Of a stretch of DNA of 42,701 nucleotides, positions 1 to 9,292 are shown piece after piece. The notes beneath the pieces were generated by a model, which ran no database searches, was not told the DNA's origin, and saw only the letters and a list, made by a program, of their open reading frames with translations. The stretch lies in IMG/VR virus record IMGVR_UViG_3300045988_068113. One strand, 5' to 3'. Origin of the DNA: a virus. The position numbers and the translations under genes are program-made. The stretch's first letter is position 1, and every line of letters starts with the position of its first letter.

Positions 1-141
1 GAAAGTTTCATAATCCGGAAGTTCTATGTTCTTCCTGGCCTGTAATTGTTGTTCTTTTGTAAGATTTTGTTCTACAAACTTGACATTATCATTGACTTTT
101 GATTGAAGGTCGGTATTCAATTTGTCTATTGATACCGCGCC
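1..141. repeat. Terminal direct repeat, copy 1; identical to 42561..42701 (assembly overlap, meaning a circular or terminally redundant genome)
   Basis: Read directly: gaaagtttcataatccggaag...tttgtctattgataccgcgcc occurs at both window ends. Confidence 0.97.
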
Positions 142-456
142 GTCCGCAACTCCGAGCACGATGCTCCGTTTAGTCCAATCGGTGTCCCACACAAGCAAAA
201 CAAGTTCCCCATCCTCAACCTCAATATTGTTGAAATCGGTATAAGTTCCGGCCTTTGCGGCGATATAGAAACATCGGTAATCCACGGCACCCGACAAAGT
301 GTCCGGCTGCGCGATTCCGACAAACTGATACCCCGCTCCGAGCACGTTTATCATAGCCAACAGGGTCTGCCGCAACAAAACCCCCGTTATTTCCTCATTT
401 CCGTTGGTCTTTATAACCTTGGAAATAGACGTCTTTAAGTTATTATAATTTGCCAT
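1..456 (-). CDS. Tail fibre / receptor-binding protein, N-terminal part. The gene crosses the junction and continues at 42560..41625; the full product is about 463 aa.
   Basis: ATG at 456. Hand translation MANYNNLKTSISKVIKTNGNEEITGVLLRQTLLAMINVLGAGYQFVGIAQPDTLSG... has no stop down to base 1. It is in frame (456-120=336) with track ORF 41625..42680 through the 141-bp duplicate. Confidence 0.7.
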   Translation of the reverse strand, partial: MANYNNLKTSISKVIKTNGNEEITGVLLRQTLLAMINVLGAGYQFVGIAQPDTLSGAVDYRCFYIAAKAGTYTDFNNIEVEDGELVLLVWDTDWTKRSIVLGVADGAVSIDKLNTDLQSKVNDNVKFVEQNLTKEQQLQARKNIELPDYETF

Positions 457-476
457 AAATCAATAATTTACAAAAA

Positions 477-1685
477 TTATTTATAGTCATTATTGAAATC
501 GTCATTAAAATCGCAGGGCTGCGCCTTTATATAGCCCTTCCCGATTTTCTTTGCCACGGTTGCCGTGGTGAACTCGGCATCAACGCCCGCAACATCCCCG
601 TTGTCCTCCCATTCGGGGGTAATTAGGAACGTGTCGAGGCTGTATATTTGCCCGTTGGCGGTTATTCTTGCATAGTCTGCCATTCTGACAAAGCGCAACA
701 CGTCAAGCAAGTACTCGGACGCGAAAAACGAGAAACGATAACGCTTCTTGCTCACCTGTTGCACCGGGAAAGTATAGCCGCCGCGTTCGATTACCTCGTC
801 ATCAAAGTCGTACTCCGGCTTTGCGATGTCAGAATCAAGATAGAGCACATTCCGGAACGTCGGCTTTGTATAGACAATCGTCCCCGCGTCCATTACGAAA
901 TCCTCGACATCCCACCACTCAAGCCGCAAATATCCGGATATGTCATTCACAACCGTGAACACCTCCGAAAACCAAGTCTCGACCCCATCACTCATCTCGG
1001 CGTAATACTGCCCGTTCTCCATTGATTCGAGGGCTTTTGTTTTCCCGGTATAGACTATCACGTCATAATCACTCAAAGCCTTTACAACAAGCCCTGACGA
1101 CTGCATCTGCTGCAAGAAATCCCCAACGAGCGTGCCGTCCTTTCGGTATATCTTGAAAGACGAAACAGGATGCGCCCCCCTGTTCTCCATGTAATCTGCC
1201 GTCCCATTGTCCTCCGACACGCTCGCATTGTATATCAGCACTCTAATCTCGTCCGCACCCTCCGGAACTTGCCACACACCCGAATAACGCCCCGATGTTA
1301 TGGGGTTGAACGACCCCAACACCACATCAGTTCCGCTGTTTCTCGCCACAACCATAACAGCCCCCGTTGCGCTCGGTGGGGCGGGGCAATCCTTGATATA
1401 CACGAACTGCCCGCCCGTCACCTCATACGAGTTCCAATAATAGCCGTGCACATCCTCAATGCTTCCGGTATCGAGAATATAGCCCGTGTCTCCGTCATTC
1501 ATCACGAGTTCATTTCCGCTGTCCTCCCATACCGCGCGGGATTCCCTCATAAGCTGAAACGGCAAGACGAATCCAGCGGGCGTGAACAACGGATAAACCC
1601 TGCCGTATATCCACCATTTCCGTGCATTCTGCTGCTCTAACGATTCGTACCAAGGCAGCACGCTCATATTGTTGTTCGGTGTCAT
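477..1685 (-). CDS. Hypothetical tail-tip/baseplate-associated protein (402 aa)
   Basis: Long ORF with a 4-nt overlap onto the upstream gene. It is the second gene downstream of the tape measure. C-terminal CDFNDDFNNDYK motif. Confidence 0.55.
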   Translation of the reverse strand: MTPNNNMSVLPWYESLEQQNARKWWIYGRVYPLFTPAGFVLPFQLMRESRAVWEDSGNELVMNDGDTGYILDTGSIEDVHGYYWNSYEVTGGQFVYIKDCPAPPSATGAVMVVARNSGTDVVLGSFNPITSGRYSGVWQVPEGADEIRVLIYNASVSEDNGTADYMENRGAHPVSSFKIYRKDGTLVGDFLQQMQSSGLVVKALSDYDVIVYTGKTKALESMENGQYYAEMSDGVETWFSEVFTVVNDISGYLRLEWWDVEDFVMDAGTIVYTKPTFRNVLYLDSDIAKPEYDFDDEVIERGGYTFPVQQVSKKRYRFSFFASEYLLDVLRFVRMADYARITANGQIYSLDTFLITPEWEDNGDVAGVDAEFTTATVAKKIGKGYIKAQPCDFNDDFNNDYK

Positions 1686-4168
1686 TGCTCCTCCTGTGTA
1701 TAAGTGTCGTAAACCAATGTCGCCTGCGCGTTGCGGCTTGACAAAGGTATTGATATTTTCTCGATTTGCCCATTACCTATGTTCGTTTTTATCAACCGCA
1801 TCGGGTTCGGGTCTTCCCTTACAGGGAAACGGATGTCCTGCCGCTTGTTGCGCTGAATCCCCTGCACCATTGCAGCCTGCCCGTTTATCTCCACGTCATA
1901 GGTCGGCAAGTCATAGACATAGTATGTCGGTTGCAGCACCACGAAAGCGAGAAAGCCGTTCTGCAAATATTTGTCTAAATCTGTCCGGACTATCGGAACG
2001 TGCCGCGTCACTCCGCTCAATCCTCCAACCCACAACAGATATGCGCTCTCGTCAATGTTGCCCATGTCAGTTCTTCTGAACTGCATAACAACGCGGTCTG
2101 CCACATCCTTGTTGCTTACGCGTTCCTCGCTTATATCAGTCCAAATCGTTTGAATTATCGCATGATCGCCCTTGTAAAACAACAGGCGGTACTCATACGC
2201 AATCGTGCTCGTGTTCCGGAACGCAATCCTCAACTTGTCATCAAGGATAAAGAAAGCATCGGTCTGCAACATTATCCCTTTTTTCGTGAAGTTCATCTGC
2301 GCATATTGCGTCTGCGCTATCGCCCCCAACAGGGCAAACCCGTCCTTTGAACAATCCTCCGGATTCAACAACATATAATCCACATCCGAGGTGAAATTAT
2401 TGACGGATATTTCCTCGATGTTGCCGCCATGCACAAACTTGCTGTTCACCTCGATTGCGTTGCCCTCAAAAGGCGCGGTCACATCATCCATCCACCCGAA
2501 TTGATAACGCTCCGGCAAGGTCGGCTTCTCATACTCATACTGCGATGTCTCGAATGCCCACGCCTTGCCGTTCCGTGTCACCGTTTCCTTTGTGAGGTCG
2601 TGCGATATTATCTGCGTCCCATTATACGAGCCGCCGTTCTTGAACCAACTGACGTGCTCAATCTTGAACTTCTTATCCTCGATATACCAGTACGCGCAAA
2701 AGCAATCGCGCAACATATCCGTGATTATCTGCAACGTTATCGGGGCTTTCTGCGCGGGCTGTTGGTAATTCCCCGCCAAAAGGTTTGACTTCTGCGTCAG
2801 ATATAGATATACCCTCCTGCCCGAAATCGGGTCTGTGTTTCCATAGAGCAACTGCGAATATTCAGCCGTCCCATAGTGGGTTATATTAGGCGCAATCTGC
2901 TTCAAAAGCACGGAAATAACCGAGGCAATCGGGTTCGCGTCCCTCAATATATACGACTTCTGCGCCAAGGGTTCAAAGGTTGTGTCGAATATCGGGGCGT
3001 GAAACCACACGGACAACTCACCCCAATGGGAACGCCCTATCGGGTAAAAGTCAGAATCCCACACAGCATACGGACGGACATAATATATTCCCGGCTGCTT
3101 TATCCCCCATTCGGTCGGGGCTTGCGTTGTCACCTCGCTGAACGTAACGGAATTCGGAAAACTCCACCCGATTACACGCCTGTAATTTCGGTTGTAAGCC
3201 ACGATATCGTTTGACGGAATGGGATATGTATCCAAGCCGTTAAAGCGCACCACATCACAAATATACCGCCCATAAACGGGGATGTCGGATATTTCCGCCG
3301 TAACCGTCCCATCTGCCCCCGTCCCCGAAACAGGCGAAAGCGTGAACGTGCCCAAGCCGCCGCCCGGAATACTACTGCCCGTGTATTGATACCGCCACAT
3401 TGTCAGATTATCCGAAACTCGCTTGATTGCCCACGTCATTTGCGCCGCCGCCCCTACACCTATGAACGAGAAATCGAACTTATACGCCCCTTTCGTATAG
3501 TTATATGCCACGAATCCGCTGCTGCCCGGAGCCGTTCCGTAATAGTTCCCGTTTACAACCGTGGGCGATATATCCCCCGTTATGTTCACGTTACGCACCT
3601 TTCGTATGAGCGCGAAATGGTAGGTATTCACAAGCGCGGTCGTGTCGTCCACCGCCTCGCAATCCTGCTCCCAGTACATACCGGAAAGGAAGCACGACAC
3701 CACGGATTCGCCCGGAATGTATATCTGAACCATCGGACGCTTTGTGATACTCAGCATCTCGATTTGCGGTCTCAACTTGATTAGGTCATATTCTTTCTCC
3801 ATTCCGTCAAGTACGGCGGTGTAATCGTCCACCACATCCGGCGAAACCTCGATTACCCGGTTGTCCTCGTCAATCTTGCAGTCCGTCTTCCAAAACTCGC
3901 CGCGCCAATACTCGCTCCAAGCCTTGCCGCCGTTCCAACTTATGAACACAACAAGCACGAACCGCGCCTCAAAGGCGGCATTCCTTATCGCCGTGTAGTC
4001 ATCCCCCACAAACTGAATCCTCCCGTCCAACTTCGCGCGGTAAAACCTTTCGTTCTTCTCAATCTCGTACACCTTTGCGAGGTCGTCCTTATAGAGCGGA
4101 AACACATAACGGGCGGCGGTCCGCCGTCCCGTGGTTATCTCTAATTTGAATTTGTAAATCGGATTCAT
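1682..4168 (-). CDS. Tail protein in the distal-tail/tail-tip position (828 aa)
   Basis: Starts 3 nt after the tape-measure stop. Size and position match the Dit/Tal-type genes that follow a TMP in long-tailed phages. No motif was recognised. Confidence 0.55.
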   Translation of the reverse strand: MNPIYKFKLEITTGRRTAARYVFPLYKDDLAKVYEIEKNERFYRAKLDGRIQFVGDDYTAIRNAAFEARFVLVVFISWNGGKAWSEYWRGEFWKTDCKIDEDNRVIEVSPDVVDDYTAVLDGMEKEYDLIKLRPQIEMLSITKRPMVQIYIPGESVVSCFLSGMYWEQDCEAVDDTTALVNTYHFALIRKVRNVNITGDISPTVVNGNYYGTAPGSSGFVAYNYTKGAYKFDFSFIGVGAAAQMTWAIKRVSDNLTMWRYQYTGSSIPGGGLGTFTLSPVSGTGADGTVTAEISDIPVYGRYICDVVRFNGLDTYPIPSNDIVAYNRNYRRVIGWSFPNSVTFSEVTTQAPTEWGIKQPGIYYVRPYAVWDSDFYPIGRSHWGELSVWFHAPIFDTTFEPLAQKSYILRDANPIASVISVLLKQIAPNITHYGTAEYSQLLYGNTDPISGRRVYLYLTQKSNLLAGNYQQPAQKAPITLQIITDMLRDCFCAYWYIEDKKFKIEHVSWFKNGGSYNGTQIISHDLTKETVTRNGKAWAFETSQYEYEKPTLPERYQFGWMDDVTAPFEGNAIEVNSKFVHGGNIEEISVNNFTSDVDYMLLNPEDCSKDGFALLGAIAQTQYAQMNFTKKGIMLQTDAFFILDDKLRIAFRNTSTIAYEYRLLFYKGDHAIIQTIWTDISEERVSNKDVADRVVMQFRRTDMGNIDESAYLLWVGGLSGVTRHVPIVRTDLDKYLQNGFLAFVVLQPTYYVYDLPTYDVEINGQAAMVQGIQRNKRQDIRFPVREDPNPMRLIKTNIGNGQIEKISIPLSSRNAQATLVYDTYTQEEQ

Positions 4169-4171
4169 ACC

Positions 4172-7100
4172 CTATGACTTCAAGATTGTCTGTTTCAAGT
4201 TCTTGTAAACGATTACCGTGTTCCCGTCCCCGTCCACGAATCGGGCGCGTGCGCCCTGCTCCCGAATCTGCCTGACATCCCTCTCGATTGCGCTCACGTC
4301 CGTTCCTCCGTCCCCAACCATTGCGAGGGCGATTCCGGAAAGGCTCGCGTTCGCCCGTTGGTATTTGTCCGTGAAAGTTCCGTCATTGAGGGCGTTTATT
4401 ACATCCGGAATCAAGCCGCCGTACCTGCGCGAATTGCGCTTGTTTATCACCGCGAAATACTCGCCGCCCTCCGCTCTCCTGCGCGTCCCGTCCGGCTTTC
4501 TCCCGAGGTCTATGTCATTGCCGCTCGCGTGGCTTCCTCCCTGCAACAACTCAACCGTACCGTCCCCGTACTGCTCCGTATTTCCCGCCACCTGAAAGGC
4601 TTTCACTTTCGAGTACGCGAACGATGCCCACAATGTAGCGAGCGCGGCAATCGCAAGCCCGGGTCCAACAACCGGAATCGGCGAAAGCGATGCCCATATA
4701 TTCGCCGATGCGGTGATAAGGGACGACGCCTGCGTCACGGAATCAATCGCCGCCTGCGCCTTTTGCGCCGCTATCTTCTGCTCCAACGCCTTCTGCTGCT
4801 GCTGCTTCTCCAACTCCAACTCCTTCTGAGCCTGTATCACGTTGTTCGCATAGCCGTTGTTGCGTGCCTCAATCTCCGCATCCAACGCGCTCTGCGCCGC
4901 CTCAACCCTCGCGTTTGCAGCCGTTACCGCCGCATCCGCCATTTGGTTAAAGGCATCTATAATCTCATTTATGCCGTCAAGCGCGGAATCTTTCCAAGTG
5001 TCGAGCGCATCCTGCTGCTGCTTCGTAACCGACAGCCCCAGCACCTCGTAAATATTGTTATACCCGAGGCTCTTGAGTTCCTTGTTGATTGCCTTGATTT
5101 GGTTCTCAATAGTCGTCCTCTGCTCCTCCGTCAGTTCCTTGCCGTTCTGCCTGTTCAGTTCAAGTTCCTTACGCAAACTCTCGCGCTCCTGCTGTAACCG
5201 GAACTTCGATTTTTGCCGCTCATTCCGGTCGAGTAGATTGAATTCGGATTCCGCAAGTTCCTGCTGAATATCGAGCAATTCCATTGCAGTCTCCGTATGG
5301 AAATTGAGCGTCTCTTCCTGTATCAACTTGTCGAATTTAGCGTTGATTTTCTTCTCATCCTGCTTCATTTCCTTTGTAGCCTGCGAGTTCTTCTCCAACT
5401 CGATTGCCCTCCGCTTTTCGAGTGCCGCGATACGCAAGTTCAGCATTTCCTGCGTTCCCTCCCTCGTTACCGCCACTTGCAGATTTATCGTGTCGAGTTC
5501 CCCCTGCAACGACTGAACGCGCAAGTTTGAAACCTCCTTCGCATACGCTTTCTTTTCATCGAGTACCGCCTTATCATATTTCGCGTTGATTGCCTTTTCA
5601 TCCTGCCTCTCCGTCTCGACTTTCTGCCTGTTCTGCTCCAACTCAACAGCCCTCTCCGCATTCACCTTGTCGATTCGGAGTTGCAGCATCTTGTCCGTGC
5701 CCTTTTCAGTCGTGCTTATCTCCAAGTTTATAGCCTCGACAACGGCTTTGAGGTCAGCGATGCGCTGCTTCTTTGCCTTTTCCTCAGCCTTTTTCCGCTC
5801 TTTCTCTGCCTTTTGAGCCGCTTTCTTCTCCTTTTCGGTCAGTTCTTTCTGCCTGTTCTCCGCATCCTGCGCCGCCTTTTCAGCCGCCAAGTCTGCCTGC
5901 TTCTGCGCCTCGACAACATCGTTATCAATCTGCGTAAGCACCACATCTGCCGCCTGACTGAACGCCGTCAGCGAACCCGTTGCCGCCTTTAATATATATT
6001 TCTTATCCCCGAACCACTTATTCAAAATCGGGGCGTTCCTGTATTCCCTTGCCGCGTCGTCGCTCAACTTCTCCAACGAGCCGCGATAACTTTCAATATA
6101 TTGCTTTGCCGCTTCGGCTCCGTTCTTCGCATAGTAGTCTTGCAGTTTCCTTGTGTACTTGTCTGCCATATCGGAAACAAAGGTCTCAACAGGAAACAAC
6201 GCCTGCTGCGTCTTTGTTATCAATCGCGTAAGCCAGTCAATCGTGGACTTCATAGCCCCGTTTGACTTGTTGAATGCCAATGTCAAGCCCTCCCAAGCTG
6301 ATGCGAGCAACTTTGTCGAACCCTCAACCGTGTTCAGACGCTCGCTCTGTATTCTTTCAAGTTCTCCGGAAACATCCTCAAGACTTTCGCGCAATTCCCT
6401 CGCGGATTCAGCCCCCGAAAGGAACGCCGTAAACGCCGCAACGCTTCGTTTGTCCGTCAGTTCCAACGCCTCCGCAACGTCGATTCCGCGCTTCCTCAAC
6501 TCTATCATTCCGGATATTATCTCGTCAAACGTTCCGACTGAACCTCCCAAGGACTTTGCGAGTTTGCCGTTCGCATCTGCCATATTGAGCAAGATGTTTC
6601 GCAACGCGGTCGCCGCACTCGATGCATCGAATCCGGCATTTGCCAACGCTCCGAGCAATGCCGCCGTGTCCTTTACGGTCAATCCGTAAGCGTTTGCCAC
6701 AGGAAAGACAGTGCCCACAGATTCGCGGATTCTTGCGAACGACAATGCCGACTTATTCGTTGCAACCGCCAAGGTCGCGAGCACATCGTCCGTATCCTTA
6801 CTCGTAAGGTTGAACGCCCTCAACGCCGAACCAGCAACCTCCGCCGCCTCTCCGAGGTTTGCCCCCACGGCCGTTGCAAATTGCAGCACTGACTTCTGCA
6901 TCGAGATTATCGAACCTTGCCCGAATCCGAGTTTTGCCAACTCCGTCTGCAACTGCGTAACCTGCGCGGCCGTGTACTCCGTTGTACGTCCAAGCGACAA
7001 CGCCGAATCCGTCAATGCTTTCATATCCTTGACGTTCACGCCCAAGATTGTTGAAAGGTCGGCATTTGCCTGCTCGAACTCTCGCATCGTCCGCGCCGCG

Positions 7101-7828
7101 CTCGTCAGATAGTTCACGAATTGCAGGACTATTCCAACCGTCCCAAGCATAACCGTTGAAAAGCCCTTCAACGCCTTAGCCCCGAGCGGCAAGTCAGACG
7201 CGCCTATCGCCTGCAACGATGAACTCATACCCTTAAACCCGTCAGTCAGCGTCCTCAAAGGCGCGGGCAAGGCACGCATCGCGTTCTCATAGTGCCCCAC
7301 TTCGAGAGTGTACTTTCCGGTCGCCTTTTGCAGTTCGCTCATCCGCTCATATATTCTCCGGCTCTCCGCTTCGAGTTGTCTTCCTGCCTCCGTTCCGTGC
7401 CTTTCGGCTTCACTCATCTCGTTCAGCCTTATCTTGTTGAGGCGATATTGAGCGGATAGGCGGTTATATGAACCCTCAGCCGAGTTGTTCAGCTGCACGA
7501 TGAGTTTGTCAATCTGCTGCTGCTCCTTTTTCGCCCTCGTCGCCTCCTGCAAGGCGCGGTATGCCTCGCGCTCCGCGTTGGTCGTCCTCGCGTACTGCTG
7601 CGCCAGCCTGTCAGATTCCTTTGTGACGCGGTCAATTTCCGCCCGCTGCGCCTCCGTCGCGGATGTCACATTGTTGAGGCTCTGCGCCATTGCCGCCGCG
7701 TCACTCTGAATCTTCCCCTTTACCTCGTCATACTTCGTGATAAGGGTCTGCAACTGACTAATAAGTTCGGTAATCGCGTTGTCCGGCGTTATCAAGTCGC
7801 GGTAATAAATCGGGTTCGGATTGTCCAT
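4172..7828 (-). CDS. Tail tape measure protein (1218 aa)
   Basis: Largest ORF. It has long A/E/K/Q-rich coiled-coil stretches and a core block LGRTTEYTAAQVTQLQTELAKLGF...LATLAVATNKS...LLGALANAGF typical of tape-measure core domains. There is a hydrophobic segment IWASLSPIPVVGPGLAIAALATLWASF. Tail-tip genes follow. Confidence 0.9.
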   Translation of the reverse strand: MDNPNPIYYRDLITPDNAITELISQLQTLITKYDEVKGKIQSDAAAMAQSLNNVTSATEAQRAEIDRVTKESDRLAQQYARTTNAEREAYRALQEATRAKKEQQQIDKLIVQLNNSAEGSYNRLSAQYRLNKIRLNEMSEAERHGTEAGRQLEAESRRIYERMSELQKATGKYTLEVGHYENAMRALPAPLRTLTDGFKGMSSSLQAIGASDLPLGAKALKGFSTVMLGTVGIVLQFVNYLTSAARTMREFEQANADLSTILGVNVKDMKALTDSALSLGRTTEYTAAQVTQLQTELAKLGFGQGSIISMQKSVLQFATAVGANLGEAAEVAGSALRAFNLTSKDTDDVLATLAVATNKSALSFARIRESVGTVFPVANAYGLTVKDTAALLGALANAGFDASSAATALRNILLNMADANGKLAKSLGGSVGTFDEIISGMIELRKRGIDVAEALELTDKRSVAAFTAFLSGAESARELRESLEDVSGELERIQSERLNTVEGSTKLLASAWEGLTLAFNKSNGAMKSTIDWLTRLITKTQQALFPVETFVSDMADKYTRKLQDYYAKNGAEAAKQYIESYRGSLEKLSDDAAREYRNAPILNKWFGDKKYILKAATGSLTAFSQAADVVLTQIDNDVVEAQKQADLAAEKAAQDAENRQKELTEKEKKAAQKAEKERKKAEEKAKKQRIADLKAVVEAINLEISTTEKGTDKMLQLRIDKVNAERAVELEQNRQKVETERQDEKAINAKYDKAVLDEKKAYAKEVSNLRVQSLQGELDTINLQVAVTREGTQEMLNLRIAALEKRRAIELEKNSQATKEMKQDEKKINAKFDKLIQEETLNFHTETAMELLDIQQELAESEFNLLDRNERQKSKFRLQQERESLRKELELNRQNGKELTEEQRTTIENQIKAINKELKSLGYNNIYEVLGLSVTKQQQDALDTWKDSALDGINEIIDAFNQMADAAVTAANARVEAAQSALDAEIEARNNGYANNVIQAQKELELEKQQQQKALEQKIAAQKAQAAIDSVTQASSLITASANIWASLSPIPVVGPGLAIAALATLWASFAYSKVKAFQVAGNTEQYGDGTVELLQGGSHASGNDIDLGRKPDGTRRRAEGGEYFAVINKRNSRRYGGLIPDVINALNDGTFTDKYQRANASLSGIALAMVGDGGTDVSAIERDVRQIREQGARARFVDGDGNTVIVYKNLKQTILKS

Positions 7829-7901
7829 AATTGTTATTTTCGTTAAAAACGCCGTCTGACGGGCTTTCGTCTTTCGGGCGGTAAATTATATATCCCAAGC
7901 A

Positions 7902-8687
7902 TTATCTCCTCGCACGCGCCGTTTTAGCCGCCTTTTCGTCACTTCTCGCCTTTTCTTTCAGATACTCGAACGCATTGTAAAACTCCAACACGGAAAATTC
8001 TTTCGGCTTCGTGTTCAGTTGGTGCGCCAATGTGAGACAAAGGTTCTCGAATTGGCGGTCAAATTGTATCTCCGCACTTTCGGAGCCGGAAAAACGCGCG
8101 GGCTTGCTGTATGTGATTAGCGCGGTCGTGGTCTTCTCCACCTCGTCCGTCTCATCCGGCCTTTCATTCCCCTCAACGATTCCGCGCAATATCAACAATG
8201 TCCGCTTCCGGATTATGTCGAAATACTCCTTTACGCTCGAATCCTCAAAGATGCCCGGAAAGTACAGGGTCAGTTCCGCGTCAATTTTTTTTTTGACCGA
8301 ATGCAGAATCTCCGAAAGTTCCGCATCCGGCGCGTCTGAAAGCAACTCAATAACCTTACACAAGGCATCGTCCGAAATGTCGTCACAAGGCTTCCCGTCA
8401 ATGGACGCAACAAGCACCGCAAAGGCAAGGTTCTTCGGCGACATCCCGTTCTGAATCATATAAACGCACTGCCTCAGGTTCTCCAACTCCTTGCGCGTAT
8501 TCTCCGTGTCGCCAAGCATACAGAAACGCCGCGCCCTCTCTATCCTCCGGTCGAAATCCCCTATCGTGGAGCCGATTCCGGCATCAATCAAAAGGCATTT
8601 CTGATACTTGTGAAAACGCACCACGGGCAAGTCCTCGATGCGGTCGTACATCTCTATCGTGTGCGCCCCTATCTTCCGTGTCCTCAT
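7902..8687 (-). CDS. Hypothetical protein in the tail-assembly-chaperone position (261 aa)
   Basis: Lies immediately upstream of the tape measure. Contains an A10 run (plus-strand T10 at 8285..8294) in mid-gene. The call is positional only. Confidence 0.4.
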   Translation of the reverse strand: MRTRKIGAHTIEMYDRIEDLPVVRFHKYQKCLLIDAGIGSTIGDFDRRIERARRFCMLGDTENTRKELENLRQCVYMIQNGMSPKNLAFAVLVASIDGKPCDDISDDALCKVIELLSDAPDAELSEILHSVKKKIDAELTLYFPGIFEDSSVKEYFDIIRKRTLLILRGIVEGNERPDETDEVEKTTTALITYSKPARFSGSESAEIQFDRQFENLCLTLAHQLNTKPKEFSVLEFYNAFEYLKEKARSDEKAAKTARARR

Positions 8688-9028
8688 TTCCCAAAGTATT
8701 TTATCGCGCTGTAACGCTTCCGGTCATTCAGATACCGAAAATCGCGCTCGTTCACATACGCCTCCCTCTCGAACGAAATGCGCCTGTAGGCTCTCACTGA
8801 ATCACGCTCCGCAACAAGCCACACGAGCCACTCCAAGAAATAGAGCACATAAAACAGGATATACCCAAGTTCACGCATCTGAGCCGTGTGTATCGCCTCG
8901 TGATTCATCGCAACCTCTTGATTGTAAGGGCTGCACCGCGTCCCCTTTCGGATGAACACAACCCCGAAAAGGTTGCACGCATAGAATCCCCTGAACGGGA
9001 TAAAGTCATTGTAGATTATTTTAGCCAT
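8684..9028 (-). CDS. Small HExxH protein, putative zinc metallopeptidase with a hydrophobic segment (114 aa from the ATG at 9028)
   Basis: MAKIIYNDFIPFRGF...NHEAIHTAQMRELGYILFYVLYFLEWLVWLV...FEREAY contains an HExxH motif plus a downstream Glu. I trimmed the start from the track ORF to the internal ATG. Confidence 0.45.
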   Translation of the reverse strand: MAKIIYNDFIPFRGFYACNLFGVVFIRKGTRCSPYNQEVAMNHEAIHTAQMRELGYILFYVLYFLEWLVWLVAERDSVRAYRRISFEREAYVNERDFRYLNDRKRYSAIKYFGK

Positions 9029-9285
9029 TTCGCCGCAATTAAGGTTGAACAAAACGGAACGGCAAGCATAAACCACCGCCCCACTACCACAAGCAAAGTT
9101 AGTGAAATTACTACGGACAACCACCACGAGCAACAGAAATCGCACATAAAAAGCCTATACAGGAAATCACACGGCGCGTGCACCTGCAACCACTCGCGCC
9201 ACCCCCATTTGCCCGCAAGCGAAAGAATCCAAGCGGCAAGCAAGCCGACAACCACAACCCAACAGAGAAACTCAACTATCATCAT
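9016..9285 (-). CDS. Small multi-pass membrane protein (89 aa)
   Basis: Three hydrophobic stretches and a CDFCCSWW motif reminiscent of DUF1360-type membrane proteins (from memory). Confidence 0.45.
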   Translation of the reverse strand: MMIVEFLCWVVVVGLLAAWILSLAGKWGWREWLQVHAPCDFLYRLFMCDFCCSWWLSVVISLTLLVVVGRWFMLAVPFCSTLIAAKWLK

Positions 9286-9292
9286 AACCGAC

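Noticed and set aside
126-323. Track ORF 126..323 (-), 65 aa.
   Set aside because: It is out of frame inside the continuous tail-fibre reading frame that starts at 456 and crosses the circular junction.
4358-5197. Long plus-strand ORFs antisense to minus-strand genes. Examples are 4358..5197, 6153..6689, 9700..10509, 14263..15312, 16174..16896, 26119..27402, 33884..34795 and 37765..38421.
   Set aside because: Each lies entirely inside a longer minus-strand ORF that has recognisable motifs or operon packing. Their translations are Arg/Leu/Ser/Cys/Pro-rich low-complexity strings, typical of antisense frames in GC-rich coding DNA. None has a promoter-like box or its own intergenic space.
7829-7901. 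Terminator or regulatory hairpin in the 73-bp gap upstream of the tape measure start.
   Set aside because: I could only form stems of 4 bp or less, or loops too short to close. I could not convince myself that any structure is there.
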